The position numbers were made by a program, and so were the translations under genes. This document shows, in pieces, positions 1 to 12,063 of a DNA stretch of 64,000 nt. The DNA is from Macrostomum hystrix (Eukaryota; Animalia; Platyhelminthes). The stretch lies in assembly GCA_950097015.1 (NCBI GenBank), contig CATNEN010000024.1, positions 6,696,001 to 6,760,000 on the forward strand, given 5' to 3'. How positions within the stretch are numbered: the stretch's first letter is position 1; each line of letters starts with the position of its first letter. Below the pieces are notes generated by a model. The model ran no database searches. It was given only the letters and a program-made list of their open reading frames with translations, and was not told the DNA's origin.

Positions 1-882
1 CACCGCAGTTGAGCCGGCTTCAACTGTGCCCAAAGTTGAAGTTCCAGCGCCTATCGTCAGTTCCAGCGTTGCGTCAGCGGCTAACAGCTGCGGCGGCGCC
101 AGCGCTGGCGTCAAGAAAAATTTCGCTGCACTCTTTGGCGGTGGCTCAACTGTGGCGCCTCCGCCTCCGCAGCCGCAGCCTCAGCCGCAACCGCAAGCTC
201 CAACTCAGCAGGCGCCTCGTCGACAAACTCCGGCCGCATCAACTAACGGCGGCAGCGGCAGTGGCTCTCATCCTGCCCCGTCTCAGCAGTTTGGGCCTGA
301 GCACGATGCGCCTGACAATCAGCAAGTGTTTGTGGGCAATATTAAGCCCGAAGTTACCGAAGCTATGCTGATCGCCGAGTTAAGTGCGTATGGCGAGATT
401 ATCGGCTGTCGAATCACACCAAATCGCAACAAGGACTCAGTGGGCTTCGGCTTTGTCAGCTTTAGCGATCCTGCAAGTGCTAAGTTTCTGATTGAACAGA
501 AGGTCAGTACAGCGTGGTCAATCGCATTTAGAATCTCTAATAGCGTGATCTTTCTACTGTTTAGCAACCGGCTGCTGTGTTACGTGCCTTTCTGTGTTCA
601 GGAGTCTGTTGTGTGTGTACGCGTTGAATGGCTAGGTGTCTTTCGTAGTTAGTTAGTAGAGATGTAAAATATGTAATCAAAGTTACAACGTTATATTTGT
701 AGAGAATTACCACCAGCTATGGTGATCGTCTCAACGTCGAGGAGAAAAAGTCTTCGGGGCGGCGCGGTGGTGGCGGTGGCGGCGGCGGCGGTGGTGGTGG
801 CGAATATTACCGCGGCAGTGGTAGAGGCGGTCGCGGCAGTGGCGGAGGCGGTCGCGGCGGCTCTGGCGCTCCGAGGCGATAA
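1..882 (+). CDS. G3BP: G3BP/Rasputin-like RNA-binding protein, 3' part (Pro/Gln-rich linker, RRM, RGG tail); exons <1..502 and 703..882
   Basis: RRM with QVFVGNI (RNP2) and GFGFVSF (RNP1). A phase-0 intron (AAG|gtcagt at 503, ttgtag| at 702) joins EQK to RITTSYGDRLNVEEKK, and RLNVEEKK is the G3BP RRM-end signature. An RGG-rich tail follows, then TAA at 880-882 and AATAAA at 889-894. The NTF2 domain would lie upstream of the window. Confidence 0.85.
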
Positions 883-1857
883 ATCTTCAATAAATGGGAT
901 TTAATTGGGACTCGAAAAGCAGCAGAGTGGGTTGGGCGAATTCTGTGTTTAAAATCTGGTGTAAATGTTATCCTAATCGCACTACTGACCAGCAGTAGTA
1001 GTATGTAGCGCGTGGCAAGATAAAACACGGGCAAAATACTTCTCAAATTCTATCCGTCTCTTGTAGTTGTAAGTTTAAGCCAGTGATTTTGGTTAAGCGA
1101 AATTGTTTAATTTAATGCGGCCGCTAAGTGTTCCACTTGCTGTTGCTTTTTTATCGTTTCTCTCTTCGTTTCCTCATCGTCTCTGAGAAATAAGCAAGCA
1201 ATTCTTTTTGTTGAAAATGAATTCCAATTTAAATCTGCGCTGTCAGATGCCTGCCTCTAGGCACCGGTCTGATAATGAACAGTGCATTGGTATTTATACA
1301 CTCAGAGTTTCAGTGCTTCTAAGTATATTTTCTATCGGTCGATTCAATTGTGCTCGCCTTCTATATTCATTATGATATTAATTATACTTTTTTCCAGCTC
1401 ATTGATTGCCAGCTAACATTGGGTTGCCTTCCTTTATTTCTTATTATCTCCCTATTTTCTCTAGTTATAATCTTCCAACAATTTCTCTGCTCGTCTGTCT
1501 GCATTTGTTCGTGTGCGTGAGCCAGTTCTATTGGTTCGTGATTTGAGGCGATCCTGAAGTGCAACATCGCGCACATTTTCCCAGTGCTTCTTCTTTTCTC
1601 TCCGTCACTGTCTCGCTTCTGTCGCTCTGTCTCATTTTCTCAGCAGTTTTTTTTCATGTCAACACAGCGCAGTTATCTGGACTGTTTCGGCCGGTTAGAC
1701 TATGCAGCCGTTTCTAATAATTCAATGATGATTAATTAAATAAGTCCGCAGTTTGACAAAACAAACGATTCATCTGTTGCTTGAATTTCGGCTTCATTTA
1801 TTTTTTGCTATTGTATTTTCCTTGTAACATTGGTCTGTTATCGAGTCTTGGACTGCT

Positions 1858-2620
1858 TCCTTTCTGTCTGACTTCTTGTCTCTCTGCATCTCTTTCTGTC
1901 TGACTTCTTCTCACTCTGCATCTCTTTCTGTCTGACTTCTTGTCTCTCTGCATCTCTTTCTGTCTGACTTCTTCTCACTCTGCATCCCTTTCTGTCAGAC
2001 TTCTTCTCACTCTGCATCTCTTTCTGTCTGACTTCTTGTCACTCTGCATCCCTTTCTGTCAGACTTCTTCTCACTCTGCATCTCTTTCTGTCTGACTTCT
2101 TGTCACTCTGCATCCCTTTCTGTCTGACTTCTTGTCACTCTGCATCTCTTTCTGTCTGACTTCTTGTCACTCTGCATCCCTTTCTGTCTGACTTCTTGTC
2201 ACTCTGCATCTCTTTCTGTCTGACTTCTTCTCACTCTGCATCCCTTTCTGTCAGACTTCTTCTCACTCTGCATCTCTTTCTGTCTGACTTCTTGTCACTC
2301 TGCATCCCTTTCTGTCTGACTTCTTCTCACTCTGCATCTCTTTCTGTCTGACTTCTTGTCACTCTGCATCTCTTTCTGTCTGACTTCTTGTCACTCTGCA
2401 TCCCTTTCTGTCTGACTTCTTGTCACTCTGCATCTCTTTCTGTCTGACTTCTTGTCACTCTGCATCCCTTTCTGTCTGACTTCTTGTCACTCTGCATCTC
2501 TTTCTGTCTGACTTCTTCTCACTCTGCATCCCTTTCTGTCTGACTTCTTGTCACTCTGCATCCCTTTCTGTCTGACTCCTTGCCACTCTGCATCTCTTTC
2601 TGTCTGTCTCCTTGCCACTC
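1858..2620. repeat. 32-bp minisatellite (TCTTTCTGTCTGACTTCTTGTCACTCTGCATC)n, about 23 copies
   Basis: Direct tandem periodicity with a few recurring C/T and G/C variant positions. Confidence 0.95.
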
Positions 2621-3542
2621 TACGCTCGTACATTCATTTCTGTACCTGTCAGTATTTACTCGTGGTCTTTTCCCATCACTCCACTGCATACATTATTCAG
2701 TCACAAAATGGCTCATAGTACTATTCTAAATGAGCGAAAAATGAACCGTCTTCTACATCAATTAATACTGTCTTGAATTAGATAAATAAAATTAAGCTTT
2801 CTCACATTCGTTTTATGTTTAACAACGGTTGAGTGAGACGAATGTTAAACTACAGCTACTCCAGCTACAGTATAATGTCTAACAGTATAGTGTCTAATGT
2901 CTATATTGTTGCTACAAGCACAACACACGTTTTCGTGTTTTCGGATTAGAAGTTCGTTCCACATTCCTGCCTTGCTACTGTTGAGTAGTGTTCGCTTATC
3001 ATATAATAAAGAAACGATTTTTAATTACTGTTAATAGTTTACTTTGCTTAGAACACACAATTTTAGAAATCTCAATATGAACAGCAACACTGGCTGGTGC
3101 AAATTATTTATTTATTTTGCAGCGCTAAGTCGGAAATAAGCAACTCTTTTTCTCAGTGAGTCAAAATACACAACGGAAAAGCATACAGAGGTCTAATAAT
3201 AGACAAAAATTTTCACATGTTGCCGATAGTCTTTCTTCGGCAACAAAATAATTAAGCTAAGTCTGAATAACCTGTGCTTGGCTTATAAGTTAGATTTGCA
3301 CAAACTTGGGTTCACTCGCGTGCGATTCTAATGAAAATTAAGACGTTGTGGATAGACACAATGCTTCTGGGTCAGGCAACGAGCGATGATAAGACGCAAT
3401 GTAAGTTCTCTGTAACATTTTACAGAAAATAGAAGATCAATAATCATATAATTATAATAGACCAGCTCTTATTGGATTGAACATGCAGTGATACACCTTC
3501 AGTTACAATTTAGCAACTATCAGTGGATATTACTTTATGTGA

Positions 3543-3927
3543 TCTTTATAGTGTTGGCCGCTACTTCCCTCGGGTCTTTATTTGGTAGGCCGCTAATTCC
3601 CTCGTCTTTATTTGGTAGGCCGCTACTTCCCTCAGGTTTTTATTTGGTTGGCCGCTACTTCCCTCAGGTCTTTATTTGGTAGGCCGCTACTTCCCTCAGG
3701 TTTTTATTTGGTTGGCCGCTACTTCCCTCAGGTCTTTATTTGGTAGGCCGCTACTTCCCTCAGGTCTTTATTTGGTAGGCCGCTACTTCCCTCAGGTCTT
3801 TTTTTGGTTGGCCGCTACTTCCCTCAGGTCTTTATTTGGTTGGCCGCTACTTCCCTCAGGTCTTTATTTGGTTGGCCGCTACTTCCCTCAGGTTTTTATT
3901 TGGTTGGCCGTTACATTCCTCAGGTTT
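3543..3927. repeat. 32-bp minisatellite (TTGGTAGGCCGCTACTTCCCTCAGGTCTTTAT)n, about 11-12 copies
   Basis: Direct tandem periodicity. It explains ORFs 3488..4010. Confidence 0.95.
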
Positions 3928-4511
3928 TAAGAAGAAATTATTTAATCTGCACAAGAGAATATCTAATGCTAACTATGGAAAATCACCTGCTCCCAGCATG
4001 TGACGAATAGTTATAAAAAGTTGCACAAAAACAAATACAAACTTCACATTTAATGCCAGATTCATAGCAAACTTGGGCAATACAAACTTAAAGTTTAAAA
4101 AATAGAAAAAAGACAGTGCAATCGCCCCTTTGCTCACAGTGTGCAAAGCGTTGAATAACATTTGTAGTAAATATGCATATAAAATGTACTTAAATAATAA
4201 TCTACTCTTTTAGTTATATATAACATATAGAAACGACACCGATTCCCAGATACTTAAGGACTGGGAAATTTTCTGCCTAATTCCCTGATTTAGTTTTTGT
4301 GTTACTAGACTAGCAAAAGCTACCCCCTCAAACTCAAACTGCAAACTGACCCCATAGAGAAAGATGAAGTATTTCAGCTAATTTTTCCCAATAAATGGCA
4401 TGCGATTTCCAGATAAACAAACGATTATTTTTAAGCAGTCAGTCGACCAATGAAAAGTGTTGTAAGACAGACAAACTGAATCAGTTAACAACCCAGTGGC
4501 CTGTCAGATTT

Positions 4512-7500
4512 TCATAACTCCGGTAGGCCAGCTTTCAAACGGCCCATCTGAATAGTTGCTCGCAGGTAGAATTGACGCCTGCTGAGTTCGCGAATTGTCT
4601 GCAAGGAGAGCATTATTTATTTAGGTCCCTACAATCATTTCATAGTATTGCTTTTTGTCAGCCAAGTCGAGAATCCTAACTCTCTGCAGTAGCAGTCACT
4701 GCCATAGAACTACACTCGACAATAGACAAATAAACGGTTTAGCTTAATTTATTATAGTCTGTGGCCATAGGAGAGTGCAGCTTGAAATTCTCCAATTGGT
4801 TGGCTTTTTATCAACTTAAATGACCTTTATGTCTATGGTCGAGTGTATGTTTATGGCAGTAGCTGCTACCGCAGTGAGTTTGGATTCTCAACGTGATTGA
4901 CTTAATTCTAGACTTGGCTGACATGTGGTTGTAGCCTTGTGGTTAGAGCGTCGGACTCGAGACTTAAAGGTCGGGGGTTCGATTCCCGACTCCGCTGGAA
5001 CAAGACAGTTTAGCAAGACACTTTACTCTGCATTGTTTCAGTTCACCCAGCTGTTAAATTGGTGGGTGTGGCATCCCCCCAGTCCATGGACACAAAAGCT
5101 GTACGCAGCCTTCAGATGCGGCGCGCAATAGCTGCAGCTGTGCTGTCGGCTGCACATCTGACCCAATCGGGCATGTGTAATCAATAAATATTATTAATTA
5201 TATGGCTGACAAAAGCGCTACTGGAAGTAGAGCCTAGCGTTGTGGGACGATATATTTGTTAAACAGCTTTTTAAATAACAATTTCTGGCTCACCTTTAGA
5301 TAGGCATCGATATCCACGCAGCCTTTGCGCAGGGCGTCGCCCAGAGCGTAGATAGTATCCTCCAGAGCCTGCTCCTCGGCGTAGCAGCGGACAATCTGAC
5401 GGTATAGCGGCGCGGTGGCATCAACAGCTTCGTCAACTCCCACGGCCTCCTGGGCGACCATCTGGCTGAGCATCTCCTCTGCCTGGCTGTTGGCCTGGCG
5501 CAGTCTGGTTGCGTAGGCGCCAACGGATTCCAGCTCGGCGTCAAGACCGCTGAGAAGGTTCTCAAGTCTGGCTCGGCCTTCGCGGAGGTCCTGGCCGGTG
5601 CGGCGGACTACGTCTAGTTCAGCTTCGAGTTGGGCGCGCTTCTCACTGTAGCGCCGGCGCACCTGGGGAGTGACAATGCAGAATAGGAGAAATTGCAGAC
5701 AGTCAAATCGAATTAGGAAATTTTTATATATCAAAATCATTTCGTAATAATTTCAATGATCTGACTATTGCATTCCTACTTTGAAATCGTAATCCAGATT
5801 TGTAATGATAATCTTAGTTTATAATCCTAATCCTAATCCTGATTTGTAATCCTAATCCTAATCCTGATTTGTAATCCTAATCCTGATTTGTAATCCTAAT
5901 CCTAATCCTGATTTGTAATCCTAATCCTGATTTGTAATCCTAATCCTGATTTGTAATCCTAATCCTAATCCTAATCCTGATTTGTAATCCTAATCCTAAT
6001 CCTGATCCTGATTTGTAATCCTAATCCTGATTTGTAATCCTAATCCTGATTTGTAATCCTAATCCTGATCCTGATTTGTAATCCTAATCCTAATCCTGAT
6101 CCTGATCCTGATTTGTAATCCTAATCCTAATCCTGATCCTGATCCTGATTTGTAATCCTAATCCTGATCCTGATTTGTAATTCTAATCCTAATCCTGATC
6201 CTGATTTGTAATCCTAATCCTAATCCTGATTTGTAATCCTAATCCTAATCCTGATCCTGATTTGTAATCCTAATCCTAATCCTGATTTGTAATCCTAATC
6301 CTGATCCTGATTTGTAATCCTAATCCTAATCCTGATCCTGATTTGTAATCCTAATCCTAATCCTGATTTGTAATCCTAATCCTAATCCTGATTTGTAATG
6401 TAATCCTAATCCTGATTTGTATTCTTATTTATAAATCTTGATCTTTATTAATAACCCAATAAAATTATTGTAATTGTAATTTATGAATTATAGAAATTCT
6501 ACTTGATAATGGGAATCCAATTTATTTTAATATTTATTTAAAATGATAAATCCTACTTCTTAATGGTTATCGCGCTTGATTTAATCGCATTATGATAATC
6601 CTATTGGATTATGGTAACATTAGATTACTAGATTGTTATAATAAAGTTTTATTGACTATTGAGATACAATCTATATATATAAAAGTGAAAACTCTGTCTG
6701 TCTGTGTGTGTGTGTGTGTGTGCAACCTTTTGTCTTTATAGACGCCGAAACCGCTGAACCAAATCGCACTAAACTTTGCACATACCTTAAACCACCTACG
6801 CTGAGTGCAATAGGCTACTCAAATTCCCGAAAAATCATTTCCTTCCTGCTCAAAAGTGCAAAAAACTGCTCAAAAATCGTCAAAAAATCACTCAATTCGA
6901 CATATCGTCGCCCCACTTTGTCAGATTTTCTCCAAATTTGATCCACTTACACTTTACATGTTTTCCAACAATGCTGTCAATTTTGAACATCTCTACTCAA
7001 TCCAGAGCAAAGCTGCATCATCTCAAAGTGAGTCACTTTTTGTTTTCCGAGGACAGCCACCCCAACTCCCCTCCGCCACTCTGCGGGCCAAATTTTATAA
7101 CAGCCACCCCCTCCCTTCCCCGGGCGCCGAAGCCCCAGACTGTACATTGTATTTCAAGCCGTGAATGTACACAGCCCAAACCCCTAGACTGTCTACTGGC
7201 CCCCAAGCAGCACTGAGACTGAGTGCGGTGAGTGCGGTGGCGTCCCAGTGCGCAGGGCTCTCCGGTTTATATTTCTCTCCAGCCAGCCTATTTCTCTCGA
7301 TATGCTGACGTTGACTGGCTGTCAGAGAGGGCAATTCTGTGTCCTAGAAATGATGCCGCCAACGAAATTAACTACCAACTGCTTCAGGAGTTGCCAGGTG
7401 CAGTTTTCACCTACAAGTCAATTGATACAACGTTGACTGATGACACCGCTGTGGAGTATCCTGTTGAGTTTCTGAACTCTCTAGATCCTCCTGGAACTCC

Positions 7501-10500
7501 ATCGCACAACTTGCAGCTGAAAGTTGGGGCACCAATTATGCTCCTCCGCAACCTGAATGTGCCAAGGCTGTGTAACGGCACCAGACTGATAGTCAGGCGG
7601 CTCTTCCCACACGTGATTGAGGCCACGATAATGACTGGATCTGGCAGAAGAGAGTCTGTGTTCGTTCCCCGGATTCCAATTATCCCCACGGACCTGCCAT
7701 TTCAGTTCAAGCGACTGCAGTTCCCTGTGAGAGTGTGCTTTGCGATGACTATTAACAAGGCTCAGGGACAGTCGCTGAAGGTGGCTGGCATCAACCTGGA
7801 GACTCCGTGCTTCTCGCATGGGCAGCTTTATGTCGCCTGCTCCCGTGTTGGAACTCCAGCTGGCCTATTCATTTTCGCACCAAGGGGAAGAACGAAGAAT
7901 GTGGTGTATCCCCAGGCCTTGAGATGACTCGCAAGCAATTAATAGAAAAGTAGTCACGAATTGACCTTGACCTGTCTAACTCTGAACTCTGAAACAGTTT
8001 AATTTTGTTTCTTTGACATTGTTATTGTTATGTCATGGCTATTTTCTTTATGTCTACGCGTGTACATGCATACTGTATACAGAGGCAGATTTAGGGGGGG
8101 GCGGGGGGGCAGTCGCCCCCCTAAATTTTAATCATGGGAATAAGATGCCCCCACCAGGGGCGCCAGTCGCAGCACTGGCGCCCCTTTTCGGCCGCTGGCG
8201 CCCCTTTTTCAGCCGCTGGCTCCCGTTTTTCAGCCGCTGGCGCCTTTTCTTGGCTCCTGGCGCCCTTTTTCGGCCCTCTGTGATTCTCATGGCGCTCCCC
8301 TGACAGACCGCCCCAAAACAAAATTCCTGGATCTGCCACTGACTGTATAGAGGAGTGGCTAAGAGACATGTTTCTAAAGAAGTAATCAAGAGGGGGCTGT
8401 TTGGACAAACTTTTCACTTCTTTTTTACTTAAAACGCCCTTAAACAAACTCTTCACTTTTCATTAATGCAGTAAATAAATAAATGGTGACCTTCACTATA
8501 AAGTTAATACAGAGACGTGAATTGCTTACTGCTTTGCTTTAAATTTCTGCCCCAAAAACAACGGGCAAAAAAAGCTAGTAATATCATAAAATCTGAAGTC
8601 AACAGATAAACGCAGACAAAAAGTCCAGAATAACTAAAATGCCATTTTAAATTGCCAATAAAAAGCAAGTTGACCCACCTTATCCTCAGCAGCCGATAGC
8701 ACAGACATTCTCATAGCCTCTTCCTGGTAGTCCTGTCGAGTGCCAGTGGAATTCTGCTGCTGCTGCTGCTGCTGCGGTAGCGGAGGCGGCTGATTCCAGC
8801 CGTAGCCGGCGCCCCAGCCGTAGCCGGCAGTCGAGCCAGTTGATGTCGGATGCTGATGCTGCATCTGCTGAGCCTGCGAAGCCACAGGGGCTGCCTGCTG
8901 GCGAGCTACGCGCGACACAACCGGCGGAGTCTCGCCAAACTGAATCTGCAACATCTGGATTAGGCCGACCAGATCAGACTGCGGATGAGTCCACGAGCTC
9001 AGATAGGGCATATAGATTCGGCCATTGTTATCCACATACTGGCTAGCCCGAATCTCCATGCTGGCTGTTGGCCGAACATAAACCAGAGGCGCCTCATATG
9101 GCGTGCCGTACTGCAGGTAGATACACACCGGTATGTTGTAAGTGGAGCCTTTGTGCACCACAGGAATGGTGCCGCTGAGGGCCAGTAGCTGGCGAGTTTC
9201 GCCATTGGAGAATGTGAATGCCTCGTTAGTTGGCCGGAGGTCGCGATATTCGTGCAATGCATTAGCAATGTCGCGCCTGGCTGGTTCTGCATGCTTGTAG
9301 CTCTGCCAGTGTTGGAGAAAAACACAAGAAGTAGAGATAAGGTTTAGAACTCCCTGAGAACTAAATATATGACTACAGGCATTACTTGGAATTCTGAATT
9401 AAATAACACCCATCAAACATACATTACAGTCCAGCTAGTTAGTAAAGTTCAATTTTTGCTCTGCACATTCATTATAGGCATCATAATTATCATCTTATAT
9501 AAATCTCTTATCCTAATTCTGCTAAGCAAAGATGTACTAAAAAATTAATGATAAAAATAAAACACTAGTTAAATTATTGGCAACAAAAATACACTAGACT
9601 CCAATCAAGTTGGCAGTGCTTTAGTAACAAAGCTCTAAATAAAGACTTATATACTAATCTTTAGTTTCTCAATATTTTTGTTACTAGGTTTAGAATAAAA
9701 AAAATTCTGGATAGGCCTACTTTGCTCATTATTTACAATTTTCTTACCTGTGTGATAAAAATCCCAATAAAGGACAATTCATAATCCAAAAAATGATATA
9801 CAGAGAATCTAGATGACAAAGTGACTAAATTTTGTGACCAGTTCTTAATCCTAGTATTAGGCCTGAGCCATATAACTATAGCATAACCACAGTTTCATCT
9901 CAGAACTTATGATTGAAGTTAAATAAAACACTGCCAGTTGATGTAATCTAATTGTAAGGAAGCCCAGTTTGTGCTACTTCATACATCCCTAGTGCAGCAT
10001 CATCACAAGTTGTACTACCAGTTCAGCACAGCTTAACTGGCCAAGAATTCAGCAGGCACACTCTCAATCAGCAGCTCCTGCTTAGCTGCTGACCACACCT
10101 TGGTCATATCCCTTGGTTTGGCAGTCTCATGAAAGGCAAGGAGTAACTTTTACTTTAATATGTAAATAAATAAAAAATATTATATTTTTACTTGAAATGT
10201 TTATGCACCAATATAGTATTTTATGTATACCATATCTATCACAGCTACATATGATAACTATTTTTCTTTGTGCTTTGCTATACTTACATTACATTTTGTT
10301 TCTGTTAAAAACTAGCATATAGTTATATATAAGATAATTATTTTGTGGACTTTGAGACTTTAACTCTGCTATTATCTTGTCCCAAGTTCAGAATTTGAAT
10401 AGAGGGCAACTAGAACTTCTTAGTGAACCACTTTGGTATTTGGTCATGTACCAGTTTTAGCACTTGCATGGTGGTCGTGGCCATTCATATGACTTGGATA

Positions 10501-10928
10501 AATGCCACTAAAGGGTTCAAGATAAGGTGACAAAATGTCAAGGGAGTGTCAAGTGCTGTGTGGCCTGTGCCTATATAGTAGATGACAAAAAAGTATCTAG
10601 GGAGTGGGTAAGAAAATGTCTAGAATCAAAAACATTGTTAAATAAAACAAGTCATTAACTACTCCACAAATTACCTTTCCTACATCTATTCATTAAGATT
10701 ATTAAGAATCTTTTTATCATGACGACAGGTTCAATTCAGCATATGCATTCAGAATTATATTTTGTGCAGTTTTTTATATTGAACATAATTGATTAAAGGT
10801 AAGATGGTATATTGAACTAATAATACAAAAAACTTTATACTTTACAAAAAAATAAGGCATAAAAACAAAAATGCAAATTAACGTACCCCAGCTAACTGTG
10901 TTCTCAAGAAGCCATCAAAGTTAGCCAT
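4512..10928 (-). CDS. TSG101: TSG101/Vps23 ESCRT-I subunit, 373 aa; exons 10887..10928, 8679..9302, 5294..5662, 4512..4598
   Basis: UEV domain (GTIPVVHKGSTYNIPVC, VDNNGRIYMPYLSSWTHPQSDLVGLIQ), coiled coil, and steadiness box (TAPLYRQIVRCYAEEQALEDTIYALGDALRKG, then TIRELSRRQFYLRA). All three introns are GT-AG and phase 0. The 42-nt first exon (MANFDGFLRTQLAG) matches the 14-codon first exon of vertebrate TSG101. Total 1122 nt, ending in TGA. Confidence 0.93.
4924..5202 (+). mobile_element. tRNA-derived SINE (family A) in TSG101 intron 3, antisense to the gene
   Basis: A-box-like TAGCCTTGTGGTTAG and B-box GGTTCGATTCCC, conserved core GCAAGACACTTTACTCTGCATTG...TTCACCCAGCTGTTAAAT, AT-rich tail, and a 9-bp TSD TGGCTGACA (4915-4923 / 5203-5211). 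Homologous to 26800..27086. Confidence 0.9.
5822..6422. repeat. Compound hexamer-based satellite of TAATCC / TGATCC / TGATTTG modules in TSG101 intron 2
   Basis: Direct inspection; the reverse strand reads largely TTAGGA/TCAGGA. Confidence 0.9.
7290..7927 (+). pseudogene. Helitron RepHel PIF1-like helicase C-terminal fragment (about 212 codons, no internal stop)
   Basis: Motifs WLSERAILCPRN, EFLNSL.PPG.P.H.L.LKVGAPIMLLRNL, LCNGTRL, QFPVRVCFAMTINKAQGQSL, FSHGQLYVACSRV. No Rep domain and no Walker A. Also present at about 15358-15998, 18620-19260, 21883-22523 and 23910-24572. Confidence 0.9.
8080..8341. mobile_element. hAT-like MITE nested in the Helitron (also at 16151..16397 and in every other full copy)
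   Basis: Imperfect TIRs CAGAGGCAGATTTAGG / CCTGGATCTGCCACTG and an 8-bp TSD ACTGTATA (8072-8079 / 8342-8349). Confidence 0.85.
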
Positions 10929-12063
10929 TGAAAAAGTCGGTTGAACAATGTTAACAAAAATTGACAAAAGCTACTTTTTCAGCAAACAAAGAGGAAAGTA
11001 CAATTCAAGCTTCAGTAAAAGATTGTACAAAATGTAGATGCAGTAAGAATAAATAAGTAAGACTAAGTCTCAGCACTGCCAACTATGATCGATAAGGTCC
11101 CAAAATAAATGAGATTAAATATTTTAAATGACTAACAACAAAGCGAAAATTAAATAAATTGATCCTAATGTCTATAATTTTAGCATTTGTTAAAGTACGT
11201 TAACTTAACAAAGCAAACTGCAATCTTTAATTATTTTAAAAGAGCTACTTTGTTAATTTGCAAAAATTAAACATAATGTTTTCCAAGAAATGTATTTAAC
11301 ATTGACTACTTTTCATTACATACTTTACATCGTATGTGATTAGTGTGAATATAGCTTTTTGCAGCCCATTTCGTCTTATAAGTTACCAGCATTTAAATTA
11401 TATTAAAGATCTGCCTGCTGCAGTATTTCAGCTTAAGTCTATGGTCACAAATTTGATGCCATAGTGGCATTAAATTTGGTCCAAGAAGCATCAATTATAT
11501 TAGGCATCAACTTATTTTAGTACAAGAAAAACTTGTACTAAATTAAAAAATATGATTTTAATACATATATAACAAAATCCATGTAGTAGTAGTAGAATTT
11601 CATTTTTCTATTTGTGCTCATAAACAATACATATATTAAAAACTCGAAAACTATTCTAGCTTATCATTAATAGCAGGCCTACCTAACTATAACAGTAACA
11701 CACTGTTTGCCTGCACTAGTAGCTTAGCTAAAGAAACTATATTTTCAGTTTATAAATTTGCAGTTTAATGCATATTTTATATACTCAGTTTTTGTCTTTT
11801 TTATAACAAGCTGTTTAATTATTTTTTCAGATATGCAAATATCAGGGATGTCCCAAAAATAGTGAGAAAACTTGATGCACAGGCTGATGCACCTAGTAAA
11901 ATATAGTTTATTGAAACTCATGTCATTGATAAATAAAATTTATAAAGTTCTTAAGCCTTTTGAATCAAGTAAATATGTCAATTCATTAAAAAGTTATGGC
12001 TAAAATTAGAACAAGGGGTAAGGGATAGAGTTATGGCAGTGCTTATCCCCAAGGGCTCTAGAG

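Larger units (their letters stand above)
6670..8578 (+). mobile_element. Non-autonomous Helitron H1 (1.9 kb) with a PIF1-helicase C-terminal remnant
   Basis: A|TC 5' end (TCTATATATATAAAAGTG...), a TGCCC...GGGCA hairpin just before the 3' CTAG|T at 8575-8579, no TSD, and an internal helicase fragment. It lies in TSG101 intron 2, antisense to the gene. Confidence 0.92.

Noticed and set aside
503-652. Read-through C-terminus of ORF 26..652 (VSTAWSIAF...)
   Set aside because: Intronic; the G3BP signature resumes at 703 after a canonical GT-AG intron.
4924-4995. tRNA gene (also 26800-26865 and 39351-39420)
   Set aside because: The A and B boxes run into a shared SINE body, and family-A copies have TSDs. 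No complete cloverleaf or acceptor stem.
6708-7334. Overlapping 77-181-aa ORFs at the 5' end of each Helitron copy
   Set aside because: They begin in (GT)n/(CTGT)n tracts, have no recognisable domain, and recur only because the element is duplicated.
10030-10140. Minus-strand peptide ...KQELLIESVPAEFLAS* faintly like a Tc1 transposase C-terminus
   Set aside because: Too short and too weak; no DDE motifs or TIRs nearby.
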